DNA from: Octopus sinensis
Taxonomy: Eukaryota
Assembly (NCBI RefSeq): GCF_006345805.1
Contig: NC_043006.1
Location: 85,188,001-85,252,000 of the forward strand
DNA: 64,000 nt
Reading direction: 5' to 3'
This document shows positions 1 to 13,129 of this stretch, one piece after another (position 1 is the stretch's first letter; every line of letters begins with the position of its first letter). The notes beneath the pieces were generated by a model. That model searched no databases. It saw only the letters and a program-made list of their open reading frames with translations, and was not told the origin of the DNA. The translations under genes and the position numbers were made by a program.

Positions 1-1129
1 AAGCTCTTTCACTGTCACAGCAGGATTCCTTGCAAGTGTTGCCTCTAGCATTTCAACATCCAATTTTGAAGGCTATCCTGATCTAGGCTCACTAAGCAAA
101 TTGAAATTGCCACGTCTGAATTCTTCACTTTCACAAAGTTATTTATGGTTATTACATTTGCATTAGAACCTCAATGAAACTCATAAAGAATAATGTAACG
201 AATAGGCTCTTTACTTGGTTCCATGATGAGTTCTTCAAACAGAAAATTAATTTACTAAAATATGGTTGTTGCTCTATGGAAATTCTTCATAAAATGATTT
301 TACATCAATGAATGCCATCAGTATTGGTAATCTTTACAAAAATACAGACTTGTAATCAGACAGAACTTTCTATACAACCTGATATATTAATACGTAAGAC
401 CTCTTGAATTCCTCAGTAGCAATGTAGTAATAACAAAATGTTTTATTAAAAATTACAGTCTTAAAAACGAGGTTGCAGAGGGTGGGACAGGGAGTATTTC
501 TCTTAGCTGTTGACATTTTGGATGCAATATTCCATTGCTTAACTTCCTCAGAAATATTCCTGTCGTTATCCAACATTTGCATTGGCTCAAATGTCTATCA
601 ACAGTTCCTCTCCTGCTTCAGTTCTCAGTGTGTTGGTTGTATTGGGAGGTGGGGGTTGTTCTTTTCTTTAACTCAAGTTGGAGATGAATATATACTATGC
701 ATGTTTTGATTAGTTTTCACTAATTATTATTCTTATTAAACACTAAGGTTTTTTTTTATATTTTGGTTTGTTGAGGTTGTTGATGCCTTCTATTTGCAAT
801 GTTTTGTATTTCGATAGAGAAAAACAGAAAATGGGGAAGGAAAATGTTTCTTTTAATTTACAAGGCCTTAACACAAAAATAGGAGGGTCCTAGAAAGAAT
901 TAAGAAATGTTAATTTTTGAAATATGGTACAACGAAATCAAAAACACCCATTCTTTGTTGTAACACCAATAAACAATTTCTAACCAAAGGTTAAAGGCCA
1001 CTAATTCACAGGGCCAAGTTATGGATTCCAGAGTGAGAAAAAAAAATTAAGCTACCCCTAGTGAAATTTGAACTTAAAATGTAAAGGAATGTTAATAAAA
1101 ACTTCATTTCCAATGCTCTAATGAATCTG

Positions 1130-1790
1130 CAAGGTCAGCAATTTTGAAGGGATGGGGTTAATTGATGCCATCAACTTCAGTACTTAGCTGGTACTATTTG
1201 TTACCAACCCCAGGTGGAATGTAAAGAGCTGGAACATATACCACACTACATTTATTCCAGCACTCTAACAATTCTGCTACCTTGCCACATTTAATAATAA
1301 TAATAATATTTTCTACTAAAGGCACAAGGGCTGAAATTTTATGGGAGGGGGCCAATCAATTACATCGATCCCAATGTTTCACTGGTACTTAATTTACTGA
1401 TCCCTCAAGGATGAAATGCTACTAAGCATTTCACCTGGCACGCTAACAACTCTGCCAGCTTGCTGCCTTAATAATAATAATAATCATTTCAAATTTTGGC
1501 ATAAGGCAAGCAATTTTTTAACTCCCCAGTACTTCACTGGCACTTTATTTTATTGACCCCAAAAGGATTTTAAAAAAAAGTTAGCTATGGCCAGATTTGA
1601 ACTCAAAATGTCAAGAGCTATATGAAATTTCAGAGAGGGCTATGTCAATTACATCAACCCCAGTACTCAACTGATGCTTATTTATTTTATCAACCCCAAA
1701 AGGATGAAAGGCAGACCTGGGTGGAATTGGAACTTAAAAGGTGAAAGTCAAAAGAAATACTCAGCTTGCTGCCTTAATAAGTAATAATGA
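1130..1790 (-). mobile_element. Tandem cluster of degenerate antisense SINE copies separated by (TAA)n
   Basis: Repeated reverse-complement modules atcaaccccagtact...ctggtact and ctgccagcttgctgcctta-ataataat. Confidence 0.75.
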
Positions 1791-4508
1791 TGATGTGGCT
1801 TGCAGAAGCACATAGAATGCATGCAACTGGCCTGCTTATTAGGAATTACCACGATCATTCAAAAGTTCCTGGATGGCTGAGGCCACAGGTGATGACTTAG
1901 TACCCAAGAGTAAACCCACCTAAATTCCACCATAAGGGTGAGATATAAAAAAAAATTTTGAAATGATAATAATAATGTGCCACTCTTATACATTCTTACT
2001 TTAAATTCCATCACTTAGGTTTAAATAAAGCACTTAGAATAATAAGTAGTGTATCTGTCTGACTATTGGTTGCATTTTCAATAACATTAAAAGTATGTGT
2101 TAATCTTTTATTTAAAATATAGCATGTTAAAGTTAACTTCTTTGGATTAATTTTAATGTAATGTTTGAAACTTGCTTGAGATGGAGTTAAACTAATAAAC
2201 CTGAATTTTAAAGGTTAGGTTTCACTGGTCTACACTCATTTAAGGACAATCCTTTTACTGACCATCACCAATGTAGAAGTGGGTACTTTGGTGGCATTTT
2301 CTTGTATGACAGGTCCTACAATGATGAATTTCATTCATGTGAGTGGGACTACTTGGTGACCTTTTCTCACAAAGAAGGGTCATTCTGATGATCTCTTGTG
2401 AGAAAAATGCTGTTTTTAGGCATTTTTGTGCATATAAAAGGGGCCACATTGATGATCTTTGTTCATGTAAGTGGCAGATGGTCTCCTCTGAAGCCCTTCA
2501 CTAGCATGCACATACTTTCTGCAAATGTTGTTGATATACTCCCAACGACTCACAGTTCTAGATATTTCATCTCTTCTGCAAATGCATTTATGAAATAGCA
2601 TGAGCACCACTACTTCTCTTGTCTTGCAATTAAAGTCAGCAGATCTGATTATTCATTGATGGTGCCTTATCTTCTTGAAAGATCACGCAAATGATTAACA
2701 TATTAGTAGAAAAGTTGAAAAAATTTAAATGCATAAAGACTTTACTAACTGTTACTCAGTTTCATTTCACTTGTAACAGGATGAGAGATTCCTGCACTGG
2801 ATGGGTGCTGCTTGCATCCTTTACATCAGATATTATTTGAAGAAAGAGTCAAGATTTTCCATTAACTTAAACAGTATAAATATTTATTCTTTGATTCGCA
2901 ATAAACATTTATTCTTTGATTCGCAATAAACATTTCCTTCCTCTGGGCAAATCGGCAGTAGTCTAGTGAAGTGAGTCAATCCTGCCCACTCAAGCATAGC
3001 GGGGATGCGCCACGAGGTAGCAGCTCAAGAGAGCTGCTGGAGACATGTCTCTATCGTTCAGCTGCTAGTGTCCAAGAGAGAGATACAAGAGAATTTTGCT
3101 GCTGCTAGTTTTCTGCACGTGTGCATGAGGGAACTTCCGGAAGATTCCAACCCTGCGCATGTGTGCTGGAGATTTCCAAGATGGCATCACTACAAACTGA
3201 TCATTTGATGATCGGTTACATGAAACTCTGAGTAATAGTTTGTGAAGTCATTTCAGTTTCACTAAACTATTATTTTACTCTACATTAGGTATTTGAGTAC
3301 TATATTCTCTAACTTGTTTTGTACCTGTGTGCTTACATGCATGTATGTATATTTGTGTGTGTATGAACTGTAGCTAGTTAAGTCAATAGGCTGTTTGCCT
3401 TCAAGCTGGTGTCAGTTGCTAGTATCCCATCTTCACTGTTTTGCTATGTCCATAGCCAAACCTTTGATTCTGAATGACTAAGTCCATCTAAGGAGAAAGC
3501 AAGAGATCACTGCATATTTAATGAGTATTTTGTTAGCTTACAATACTTGGCTCAAATAATTCTGTGTGAACAAATTACCTCTTCAAGTTAGACTTGCACC
3601 TCAACAAAAGGGCACTTTATCTCTCATCTGTTTAGCGCCAGAGAAACTGGAGATAAGTTGTAACCCTATAATATAAATGAGTGTTCCATCTATTTCAGAA
3701 ATGGGGATTCCAGTTGTTTATTTGATGGAACTGCCAACTTAATCTTACATAAACAACGAAGATTTTATTAAAAATAATTTTGTCATTATCAAAGTGGTTT
3801 TTGAACCATAAATTGGCATGAGATTCTAGAGAAAGGTTTTAATCCTTTCACTATGGAAGTCAGATATATCCACTCAAAATTCCATTACCTGAAACTGTGG
3901 AAAGCAGTTTTATATACCAATCTACCATTTGTTGAAAAATGTCATGTTTGGAACTATTTTTCTTATTGAGATGTGTTGAATTTATTGTGGCAATGTGACT
4001 TGCAGAAAATACCAATTCTGTTTTTTAGTAGTTATGTAATATTATATAAATGGTGATGCCACAGCTCATGAGCTGAAACTAAATGAAATAAAAATAGAAA
4101 TAAAATTACTGGAATAGCAATGAAATTTAATTCTGCAATTGAAGGTTTATTTAGATCATCGTATGATAGAACCAGGGGTGGTTTCTGGTGGGTTGGTAAG
4201 AAAAGGGTTAATTAGTTATAACTGATATAATAATCTGACCTTAGTATTATAGTACAAAGTAACCAGTAATGATTATTGATTCTGAATTATGGAATCTTAA
4301 TTTCATGTATTTGTTATAATACCTCCCTCCCCATCTTTATTGCCATTGCTTTTGTTGTTTATATTTAACTTGGCTTTATATGTTTGTATTATTAACAAAA
4401 TATCTTTTTATATACGTTATTGATGTTTTTTGTTTGTTTTGTTTTTTACCTTTTTAAATATACTAGATTTCTAGTAACGGTCTTGTATGTTTACTTAGAA
4501 TCATTATG

Positions 4509-4924
4509 CAGTAATCCCTCGCCATGTCGCGGTTTACCTATTGCGCACTCAGTACATTGCGGTTTACCTATTGCGCACTCAGTACATTGCGGTTTACCTA
4601 TTGCGCACTCAGTACATTGCGGTTTACCTATTGCGCACTCAGTACATTGAGGTTTACCTATTGCGCACTCAGTACATTGAGGTTTACCTATTGCGCACTC
4701 AGTACATTGCGGTTCACTTATTGCGCACTCAGTACATTGCGGTTCACTTATTGCGCACTCAGTACATCGCGGATTTTTCTGGCTAATATATGTAAATTTA
4801 TATTGCGCACTCCTCAGTATGTTATGGGTTTCTGCAGCTGATAGGTATTTATATCTTCTTAGATTTTAATTATTTCTGTAGGAGGTTTTAGAATGTAACA
4901 CCTGCTATAGTCAAGGGATTGCTG
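4509..4924. mobile_element. pogo/Tigger-type MITE with an internally amplified subterminal motif
   Basis: Left end CAGTAATCCCTCGCC, right end ...TCAAGGGATTGCTG followed by TA (imperfect TIRs; left flank is TG). The CGCGGTT...CGCGGATTTTT motif is typical of Tigger-like ends. Confidence 0.7.
4531..4770. repeat. 30-bp minisatellite, 8 copies (GGTTTACCTATTGCGCACTCAGTACATTGC)
   Basis: Eight contiguous units read directly, with variants ...CATTGA (units 4-5) and GGTTCACTTA (units 7-8). Confidence 0.97.
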
Positions 4925-5113
4925 TATTTAAATTTCCACCTTATTTATTCCATGGAATTCTATTGTAAGTTGTCTGAGCGTTGAACCCGAAGATGAAAGT
5001 GTTGTTTGCTTTGTTAGAACTATTTAATATTGTTAAATTTAATTCAAGGAGCACTAATTAAAATTTGATAATTCACTCTGGTTATTTTATTATTTTTATT
5101 ATTATTATTATTA

Positions 5114-5580
5114 AGGTGGTCAGCTGGCTGACATTAGTGAGTTGGACAGAATGCTTAGTGGTATTTCTTCCAACTCTTTACATTCTGAGCTCAAATGCTG
5201 CCAGGGTCAACTTTGCCTTTCAGCTTTTGGGATCAATGAAATAAGTACCAGTCAAGCACTGTGGTTGATGTAATCAACTAGTCTCATTCCCTAAAATTCC
5301 AGGCCTTGTGCCTATAATAGAAAGGATTATTATTGAGATGACAAGCTGGCAGAATCATTAGCACGTTGGACAACATGCATTGTGGCATTTCTCCCAGCTT
5401 TATATTCCGAGTTCAAATTCCACCAAGGTCAACTTTGCCTTTCATCCCTTTTGTGGGGAAGAAGTCAATAAAATAAGTACCAGTTAAGAACTGAGCTCAG
5501 TATAATTGACTTTCCCCCACTCCCCACAAAACTCAAGGTCTGTTGCCTATAGGAGAAAAGATTATTATTATTATTATCAT
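5114..5580 (+). mobile_element. Head-to-tail SINE pair with (ATT)n tails
   Basis: Two consecutive ctggc(a/t)ga...gagttcaaat...aagtaccag...gcctata..gaaa.gattattatt units. Confidence 0.8.
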
Positions 5581-6134
5581 CTGCAATTGCGAAAGCTGAA
5601 GAAATTCCTTATTCAGCTAAGATTACCTGGAATGGCCACATATTCTGCTGCTCTTCCTTGTATTAATGTAATACTGGTGTATATTTACCCAATCAGAGGA
5701 ATGAACTGTCGTAATTTTGCTCTGACTAATTTAGTGGCAGTAAATAAGAGCCAGCCATCTTCCATGAAAAAGTATGACATGGTAGCTCATACCATGCTGT
5801 CGCTAATTGTTTTAGCTGCCTGCGTAGTCATGACAAGACACACTATTGACTCTCCCACTCTCTGATCGCATGACACTGATGGAAAGAGAGAGTGGCACCA
5901 GTACTCAGCTGGTATGCATTGTCAGATGAGCAGATTGGAGCAGAATGAAATGCAGTGCCTTGCTCAAGGATACAATGTAATGCCTGGTCGATGAATTGAA
6001 CCCACAATATTATGATCATTAGCCAATCACTCTAACCGTTAGGCCACATAACTTCATTTTAGCATCAAATAAGCTGGTTTAATATTTCAGCTCCTGATTA
6101 ATTCATTATAGAAGTAGAACAGTAATGAGATAAA

Positions 6135-6182
<48 letters not shown>

Positions 6183-9100
6183 CACATATATAATTAGTAT
6201 GTAGACTGAGAGAGTATTTTTCAAATAAGAAGAGAACCGGAGTTTTTTTTTCATTAAAAAGTTTTTTGATTGTTTGAGGTGGGTTTTTTTTAATCTTTGC
6301 ATGAAAGGTAAGATTTATTTTATTAATCTTTTGGAGCTGCCATGGTATATGACTGTATCTAAGTAACCTTTGCTACATGGAGTGTGTTGGGTTTTTCACT
6401 CCTCCCATTGAATCCATTATAAACAAGATCCCATAACTCTTGTTGTCTGTCATCAATGTTTTGTTTTTGTTTTAGTTTTTTCCTTAACTGTTTGAGAAAA
6501 AAACTTTTGCAGTGTTGAAATACTTTCTCAGATATTTTGCTCTTGGATAACATGTTAATTTAAAAAAAATTTTTTTTTTGTAAAAAATTTTAAATAATGA
6601 TTTTCAACTTAAAGTTGCTTGTTTTATTTATTTATATCTCCTTTTACAGAACTAGGTTTTTTTCTGTCTAAAAACAATCACCTAGGTATGGAGTATGCAC
6701 AAAAAAAAAAAAGTTCTTAACAAATTGAAATTACCTTAACAAAACCATGCAGATGTCATTAGCAACTTGCAAGGAAAAGGGAAGATAATTTCAATGAATT
6801 AAGAATTGATCATTAAAAAATAAATTTGTCAGTATACTAAAGTTAGGCACTTTTGTATCTTTTTTTTTACATTTTTTTAAACAAAAAGTTACAATGAATT
6901 TACTGTTTCAGAAAAATCTCCATTGATCTGTGTGAGGGGGTAGGTGTATACCTAGCATTCTTACTTCTGAAGTATGCCAAAGAAGTTTATAATTGTGGAT
7001 TTTTGCTTATTTCAGAATTATTTTCATTTAAGTCAAAACATTAATATAATCCATTTAAAGGAGTCAGCTAGATGTAGTTCTACCCAATGGAGTATGCAAA
7101 TAAAAATATTAATAAATTGAAATTACCCTCTTAGCTTGAGGAAGATAAAGAAGAATCTAACGAGTTATTGGGGAGATAATTTCAATAAATTACTTATTAA
7201 AAAATAGATTTTCTCTATTTACTAAAATTATCAAGTTATCCTTGCTGTCTTTTCTCAATTTTTTTTTAACTTGTTTCTAGAATTTATCGTTAACTTACCA
7301 TTTAAGTAAATCTCCACTGATCTCTGTGTGCATATATTTGGCATTATCAATTCTTCCGAAATATGCCAGTGAATTTTTTTTCTTTTCTTTTTTTTAAGAT
7401 TTGTTTTTTTTATTTCTTAAGGCACTTTTTATGACATAATATGACAAAATAGTATTTGTAATTATCTTGGGATCTAAGGGAACAGAAATTTAGATTATTT
7501 TGGTAAACAATGAAAATACTTGCTGCTTTTTTTATTATCTTGAAAATGACATTTCCAGAGTAAAAAATGAAAGGAAAAAAACAACACAGGCATTTCATTA
7601 CACCATTCCATGTAAAATTAACCATTCTTCTATTTCAGAGCCAATTTATTTTTCATGATTTTGAATGTGTGCAATATATATGTATGTTTATCAAAATAAT
7701 AACTTATATAGTTTTTTTTATTTATTGCAATTCTTTTTTTAATGTGGCATTTTTCTTTTTTTTCATTCATGTTGCATTTCTTTTCAATAAAAGATGATTG
7801 GCAAAGCTAGATCAAGAAACCATAATTCTAATTAAAAGGAATCTAAAGTAATACAATCTTACACAAAGCTGTCCGAAACATGTTCTTAACTACATGTAAC
7901 ATGGTAAAAGGCTGCTTGAAGAGATTAAATTCTTTCTTTTTCTTTTACTCCTTTTAAGCTTTTTGGTGATGCATATCCATGCAGTTTGTCAAATTATTAT
8001 TATTATCATCATTATTATTCCATTTTTCTTCTTCTTCTGAATGATGTTTATATCTCTGGTAATTTTCACTGCAATTGTTAAAATGCAATATTTCGGGGAA
8101 TCCACTTTGCTGATCTTTGCTTTTGGGATTCATTATACACATACACACACATATCATATATATATGTATGTATGTGTGCGTGTGTGTGTATGTATGCATG
8201 TGCGTTTGTTTGAACAAAAATGTTACATGCTTTTGTTGTGCACATATCATTCCTGCTTCTTTTGTTATTTTGCATTTCTTAAAATGTTCCAACTTCATTA
8301 AAATGTGCATATGCATTATATAAAAATGATATAATAATAAAATGAAACAACATACACTTTAGCTAAAGAAAAAAAGTTTATAAATTTAAGTATAAAAACG
8401 GCTAGTAATACAGAAATATTCTTTTACTCTGAATTACAAATATATCTTTTGAGTTTAATAGGAACAAATTCTTTTCAATAGAACTTTAAACAAACCTTGA
8501 AATTTCCATAGTTTTTCTATATTTTGGGGGTTATTATTTTTATTTTAAATTTCTGGTAAAGTTAATGGATTTTGCTAGAATTTCTACAATGGCTATATTT
8601 TATTAAATTTCTCATTTGGGTTTGGTATTAAATTAGTGATATTAAGTTCAGGTCTTCAGACATGCCCGTAATCTTGTTTTTGCTTTCATTTTATCAAGAG
8701 TTATCACAACCAAGCAATTGGTTTGAAAGAACTGAAATGCTAGCAAAATTGGATTTTATTTATTTGGTCCTTTTTTTTTTTCTCCTTTTATGTCATGTCA
8801 ACATCTGCAGTGTGTATACAGAAGTTTGTTTAATAGAATAGTTTTAAAGATGAAATTAAAAATCACATCTTTATTTTTTATTTATTTATTTTTTTTTTTT
8901 GGAAAAAATTAGTTATTCCTTTCCTAGTTAGTGTACAATCATGTTGTTTGTCACGATTCAAATGAGTTAGCATCTCTTTTAGAAAAAGTCTTTCCTGGTT
9001 TTAAAGTTTACTCGTATACATTAAGCATATCATAGAACTGATGCTGGCCTAATAAAAAGAAAGAATAATTTGGGTTACTTTCAATTCATATCTAATAATT

Positions 9101-9407
9101 TGTCGATCTTTCTACATAATACGGTATCGAAAAATCATGTTCAGTCCTCATTATGCATCACTCATTACTCACTTAACTGTCTTGTTTCAATAACCTCCTT
9201 TTTTTCAATTCCTTAACGATTCTCATCATACATAGCCTCCCCCTTCTCCTCTTCCGTTTTTGTTTTTTTACAGCAATTTTTTTCTCCTTTTTTTTTTCTA
9301 GTTGGATAGCAAAATCTCGCCCCCACTTCCGCTACTTCCTTCCCTATTTTGTTTGTGATTTAAATCCGCGCACTAATCCGGGACCCTACCCCATCATATT
9401 GTTTCAG

Positions 9408-9557
9408 ACACCACCAAGCTCCCCAAGTTCACTTGGTTCACGGAAATCCAGTATGTGTAGCAACAGTAGCATAAACAGCTCATCTGACTCTTCTGCCAAA
9501 TCCTACTCCCCAACACACCATCACTACCGGTTCCGTAGTCCCTCGCAGGTCAGCAGT
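9408..9557 (+). CDS. MTSS1: MTSS1-like exon, Ser-rich region just after the I-BAR domain (TPPSSPSSLGSRKSSMCSNSSINSSSDSSAKSYSPTHHHYRFRSPSQVSS)
   Basis: Branch-like ACTAAT at ~9372 and acceptor tttcAG at 9406-9407. Open frame, donor GTAAGT at 9558, alternative in-frame donors after 9548 and 9587. Closely resembles human MTSS1 TPPSSPSTTMSRKSSVCS...SHYRYRS as recalled. Confidence 0.92.
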
Positions 9558-9659
9558 GTAAGTTTATGCTCCAAGCAATCTGTACAGGTAAAATATGTCT
9601 GGTTTAACACCTTGTATTTGTTTTTGTTTTGTTTGTTTTTTTTTCTTTCCTTGTCACAG

Positions 9660-9675
9660 CCAAAATCCATTCCAG
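9660..9675 (+). other. Candidate 16-nt microexon (CCAAAATCCATTCCAG)
   Basis: Very strong T-rich tract and cacAG at 9658-9659, followed 16 nt later by CAG|GTAAAC. Confidence 0.35.
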
Positions 9676-9980
9676 GTAAAACTTTTTTTTTTTTCCATAT
9701 TAATGACTTTCTATATAGTTAGCATGATTGCTCTCTTCCCAAGCTTGGATCCTTTGTCTTTTTGTATATAGCCTTTTCCCTTAACCTTTAACCCGCCCCT
9801 ATGTTACTTCCTCCCTACCCTTTAGCTTGCAACTTACATTTACTATAATTATGGTGCTGAAATAGTCTTTCATCAAACACTTATGCACTTTTTTAAAAAA
9901 TTTTCTCTCTGTTCTATTTTAAACAAATAGTTTTGTCCTTATTCATTTTATTACTTTCTCCACGTTGTTCAATCAAATCA

Positions 9981-10140
9981 TTTGATAAAAATAAGCATTG
10001 TTATCAAACATTTTGTTTGATCTAAATGAGCATCATTATCAAGCATTTTGTTTGATGTAAATAAGCACTGTTATCAAATATATGTACATAAGCATTTGTT
10101 TGATATAAATAAGCATTATTATCAAACATCTGTTTGCTAT
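9981..10140. repeat. Degenerate ~35-bp tandem repeat, ~4-5 units, each with an internal palindrome ATCAAACA...TGTTTGAT
   Basis: Repeating aaataagcattgttatcaaacattttgtttgat(n)t units. Confidence 0.8.
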
Positions 10141-11132
10141 ACATAAACATAGCTGTCATAACATGCTGCTTCTTCAGATCTTTTCATAAACACCATCTAA
10201 GGAAAACAGAGGGCTTGTGATTATTTTTGGATTTTTAAAATCAATATAATTGAATTTAAGGATTATTTTAAAGACATATTGATTTTAAAAACAAACAATA
10301 GTAATTATAAGAAAAGGAATTAAAGAATTAAACTAAAAAATCTTTGTTAGAAATTTTGTTCGATTCCAGTTATGATAATAAAAGTTTAGGGCCTTAAATT
10401 TTTAGTTTTACTCCCATCATTATTTTGCAAGTTCACAAATAATCATCTTCATTGTCCATCATCATCATCATCATCGTCATAATGTCCAGGATTTTTTATT
10501 CTTTTTTCCCCATACTGGCATAGTCAGACAAATCCCACATGTCACCATCTGTTACAGTTCTTCGTCACTTCACACATTACAACAGAAAAAAAAAAAACTT
10601 TGGACAACTGTGTTGATTGTGTATGTTTGTGATTACTTTTGATGTCATTTCTACAGATGGATGCGTTTCATTATGCCACTGATGTTAGAGAGGTTTTCTC
10701 CAACAAGATTTCTTACAAAGGGTTCTTCTCCATCTTTTAAGTAGTAGCAGTAGTAGTCGTAGCAGTGAAAATAGTTTTGCATACTTACAAATTTGTTCAT
10801 CAGGTTATTGTTGTTATATGTTGTTTCTCACTTTGTCCAATTGTATAGGCAACCAAATATTCAACAGACTTTCTGATGTTTCACAAAATAAATGAATTAT
10901 GAATAAAAAAAATTGTTCATTCAAAGAGGTTCTTTTGGTATTAGAAGAGTTAATCTTTAATCTTCTCTCTTTTTTTTTTCTTTTCTTTTTCTTTTTTTTT
11001 TGACACTGGGGCAAAGGGAGTGAGAGTAGTTTATCCTTTTTTTATAACAATACCTCACTGACATAGATACTGAAGGTTAGATAAAATATTTTATAAAATT
11101 GAGAAAATATATACATAAATAAATAGATTTAA

Positions 11133-11346
11133 CCCTTTAGCATACTTTGTCAAAAGTGATGTTTATTTATTTGCATTTTTGAAAATTAATCCTGTATTTA
11201 TCTTGTAGCTTTGAGAGTTTGAGGATGTGATTGTATATTTTTAGATTAACATTGTAGGGTAGGAGTGAGAGGCTGGATTTGGCCAACTGCAACTTGAAGC
11301 AGGTAGAATATTTGGGCTGGATATGGCCAAATTAAATGCTAAAGGG
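11133..11346. mobile_element. piggyBac-type MITE
   Basis: TTAA|CCCTTTAGCAT ... ATGCTAAAGGG|TTAA: perfect 11-bp TIRs and TTAA target duplication. Confidence 0.9.
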
Positions 11347-11596
11347 TTAAATACATTTTGTGTGATCTTTGAAATGTATATTATTTACTGCTGATGGAAC
11401 ATTTATCATATCATCTGTGTTTCCTTTCGTTTTTCCTTTGTCGCTTAATTCTTGCATATACGCACCATTTTTCTGTCTCTCCTGGGATTCTAGCCTTCAC
11501 CCTCAACTCATTTACACAAGGGAAAATGTAACCAAGTACTTGCCATGTTGCAGTGTATATTCTATAATAATGGTTTATTTTACGCAAAAGTGATGA

Positions 11597-11628
<32 letters not shown>

Positions 11629-11779
11629 AGGAAGATGTATCGAAACCAAATCCTTCCGGCAATGACATATAACCAATGTACTATGTGGGGCCATTTTGCA
11701 CACTCTGGTCTTTTTTTTACCTTCTTTAAGATAAATGACATTAAGCAGTTTATGCTTACTTGAAGAATCCAAATAAAAG

Positions 11780-11783
<4 letters not shown>

Positions 11784-11869
<86 letters not shown>

Positions 11870-11909
11870 CTATCTACACACACACACACATATATCACTT
11901 GCTCTCTCG

Positions 11910-11948
<39 letters not shown>

Positions 11949-12040
11949 TATATATCACTTTCTCTCTCTCTCTCTGGCTACTTCAAACTCTATATAGATA
12001 GATATAGATGTATGTGTATGTATATATATATATATATATA
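11784..12040. repeat. Compound (CT)n/(CTAT)n/(CA)n/(TA)n microsatellite
   Basis: Directly visible. Other long simple repeats are at ~6136-6180, 12230-12290, 13000-13130, 26850-27000, 28600-28790, 52150-52400 and 62199-62278. Confidence 0.95.
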
Positions 12041-12228
12041 TTGTATATAAAAAACAGACAATTAGAAGTTACATATATGTGTGAGCAAATATATGTGTGT
12101 CCATTAGAACAAAACTAGTAATTACATACACACACACACACATGTATGTGGAAATCATAGCATTTTTCTGGTAGTAAATTTAGTTAGGATGTAAAAACTG
12201 TCAATATATGTCTAGTAATTTTTTCACT

Positions 12229-12293
<65 letters not shown>

Positions 12294-13018
12294 CACATTG
12301 GCAACAATCATGTGCATGCACATGTATTTATGACAAAAAAAGAAAAAGAACACACCCTGTTCTTCCAAAATATGTCATATTGAATACATGTTATACTCGA
12401 CATCTGAGAAATGCAGCTATTAATTTAAGAAGAATTATATCTTTTTTGTTATTCTAGCATCTATTATCTCTCTCCCTGACATACTACTATCTTACAATTG
12501 CTAATTTTCTTTTTTGCCTTCTGTTCTATATTGTGGTTGACACCCATAGTATGTCAGTAAGTTTTATGTAAACGGTGTAACCAGTGAGCCACTTGGTTTC
12601 AATTCCCAATTGCAATCTGCTTTCTTTTATGTCAACGAGGCATGAACATCTTAAAACTGCCAATTATAAATCTGGCTTCATTCCCATGCAAATATATATA
12701 TATAAATATATTTCTTTGCAACCTGCAATACACTTGAACATGCCTTGGCAATTGCTTGTCTTCTGAAATACCAAGCATTCCCTGATCCCTTGAGAAATGC
12801 TGGTGTAGTTATTTTGAGATGATTTTCCTTAACATTTACCCTCTTCAGTTTTTAAGTATTCCTTCTTATTCTTTTTTCTGATAATCCAAACCAATGAACA
12901 GGAACTGAAATAAACTTCTTTTTTTCCCTCATTCCTAAATTCATGCCAGTAATAGGCGTCTTGTGTCAAAAGTTGGCAAGATATCCTTACATCCTGTTAT
13001 CTCTCTCTCTCTCTCTAC

Positions 13019-13049
<31 letters not shown>

Positions 13050-13079
13050 TGCCTTTCTATTTACCTATATCTTTCTCCC

Positions 13080-13129
<50 letters not shown>

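Noticed and set aside
2240-2700. Minus-strand coding-like relic with CxxC (CRTCHTRKCHQSTHFY), reminiscent of a piggyBac Cys-rich tail
   Set aside because: Too degraded to assign a family by eye; no TIR or TSD found.
4420-4841. Repetitive ORFs and a CRISPR-like appearance of the 30-bp array
   Set aside because: Units are contiguous with no unique spacers, there are no cas genes, and the context is eukaryotic; the ORFs simply read the tandem repeat.
1-9400. Search for the upstream I-BAR (IMD) exon
   Set aside because: No AG/GT-bounded segment encoding a helical I-BAR-like peptide was recognised; it presumably lies before the window.
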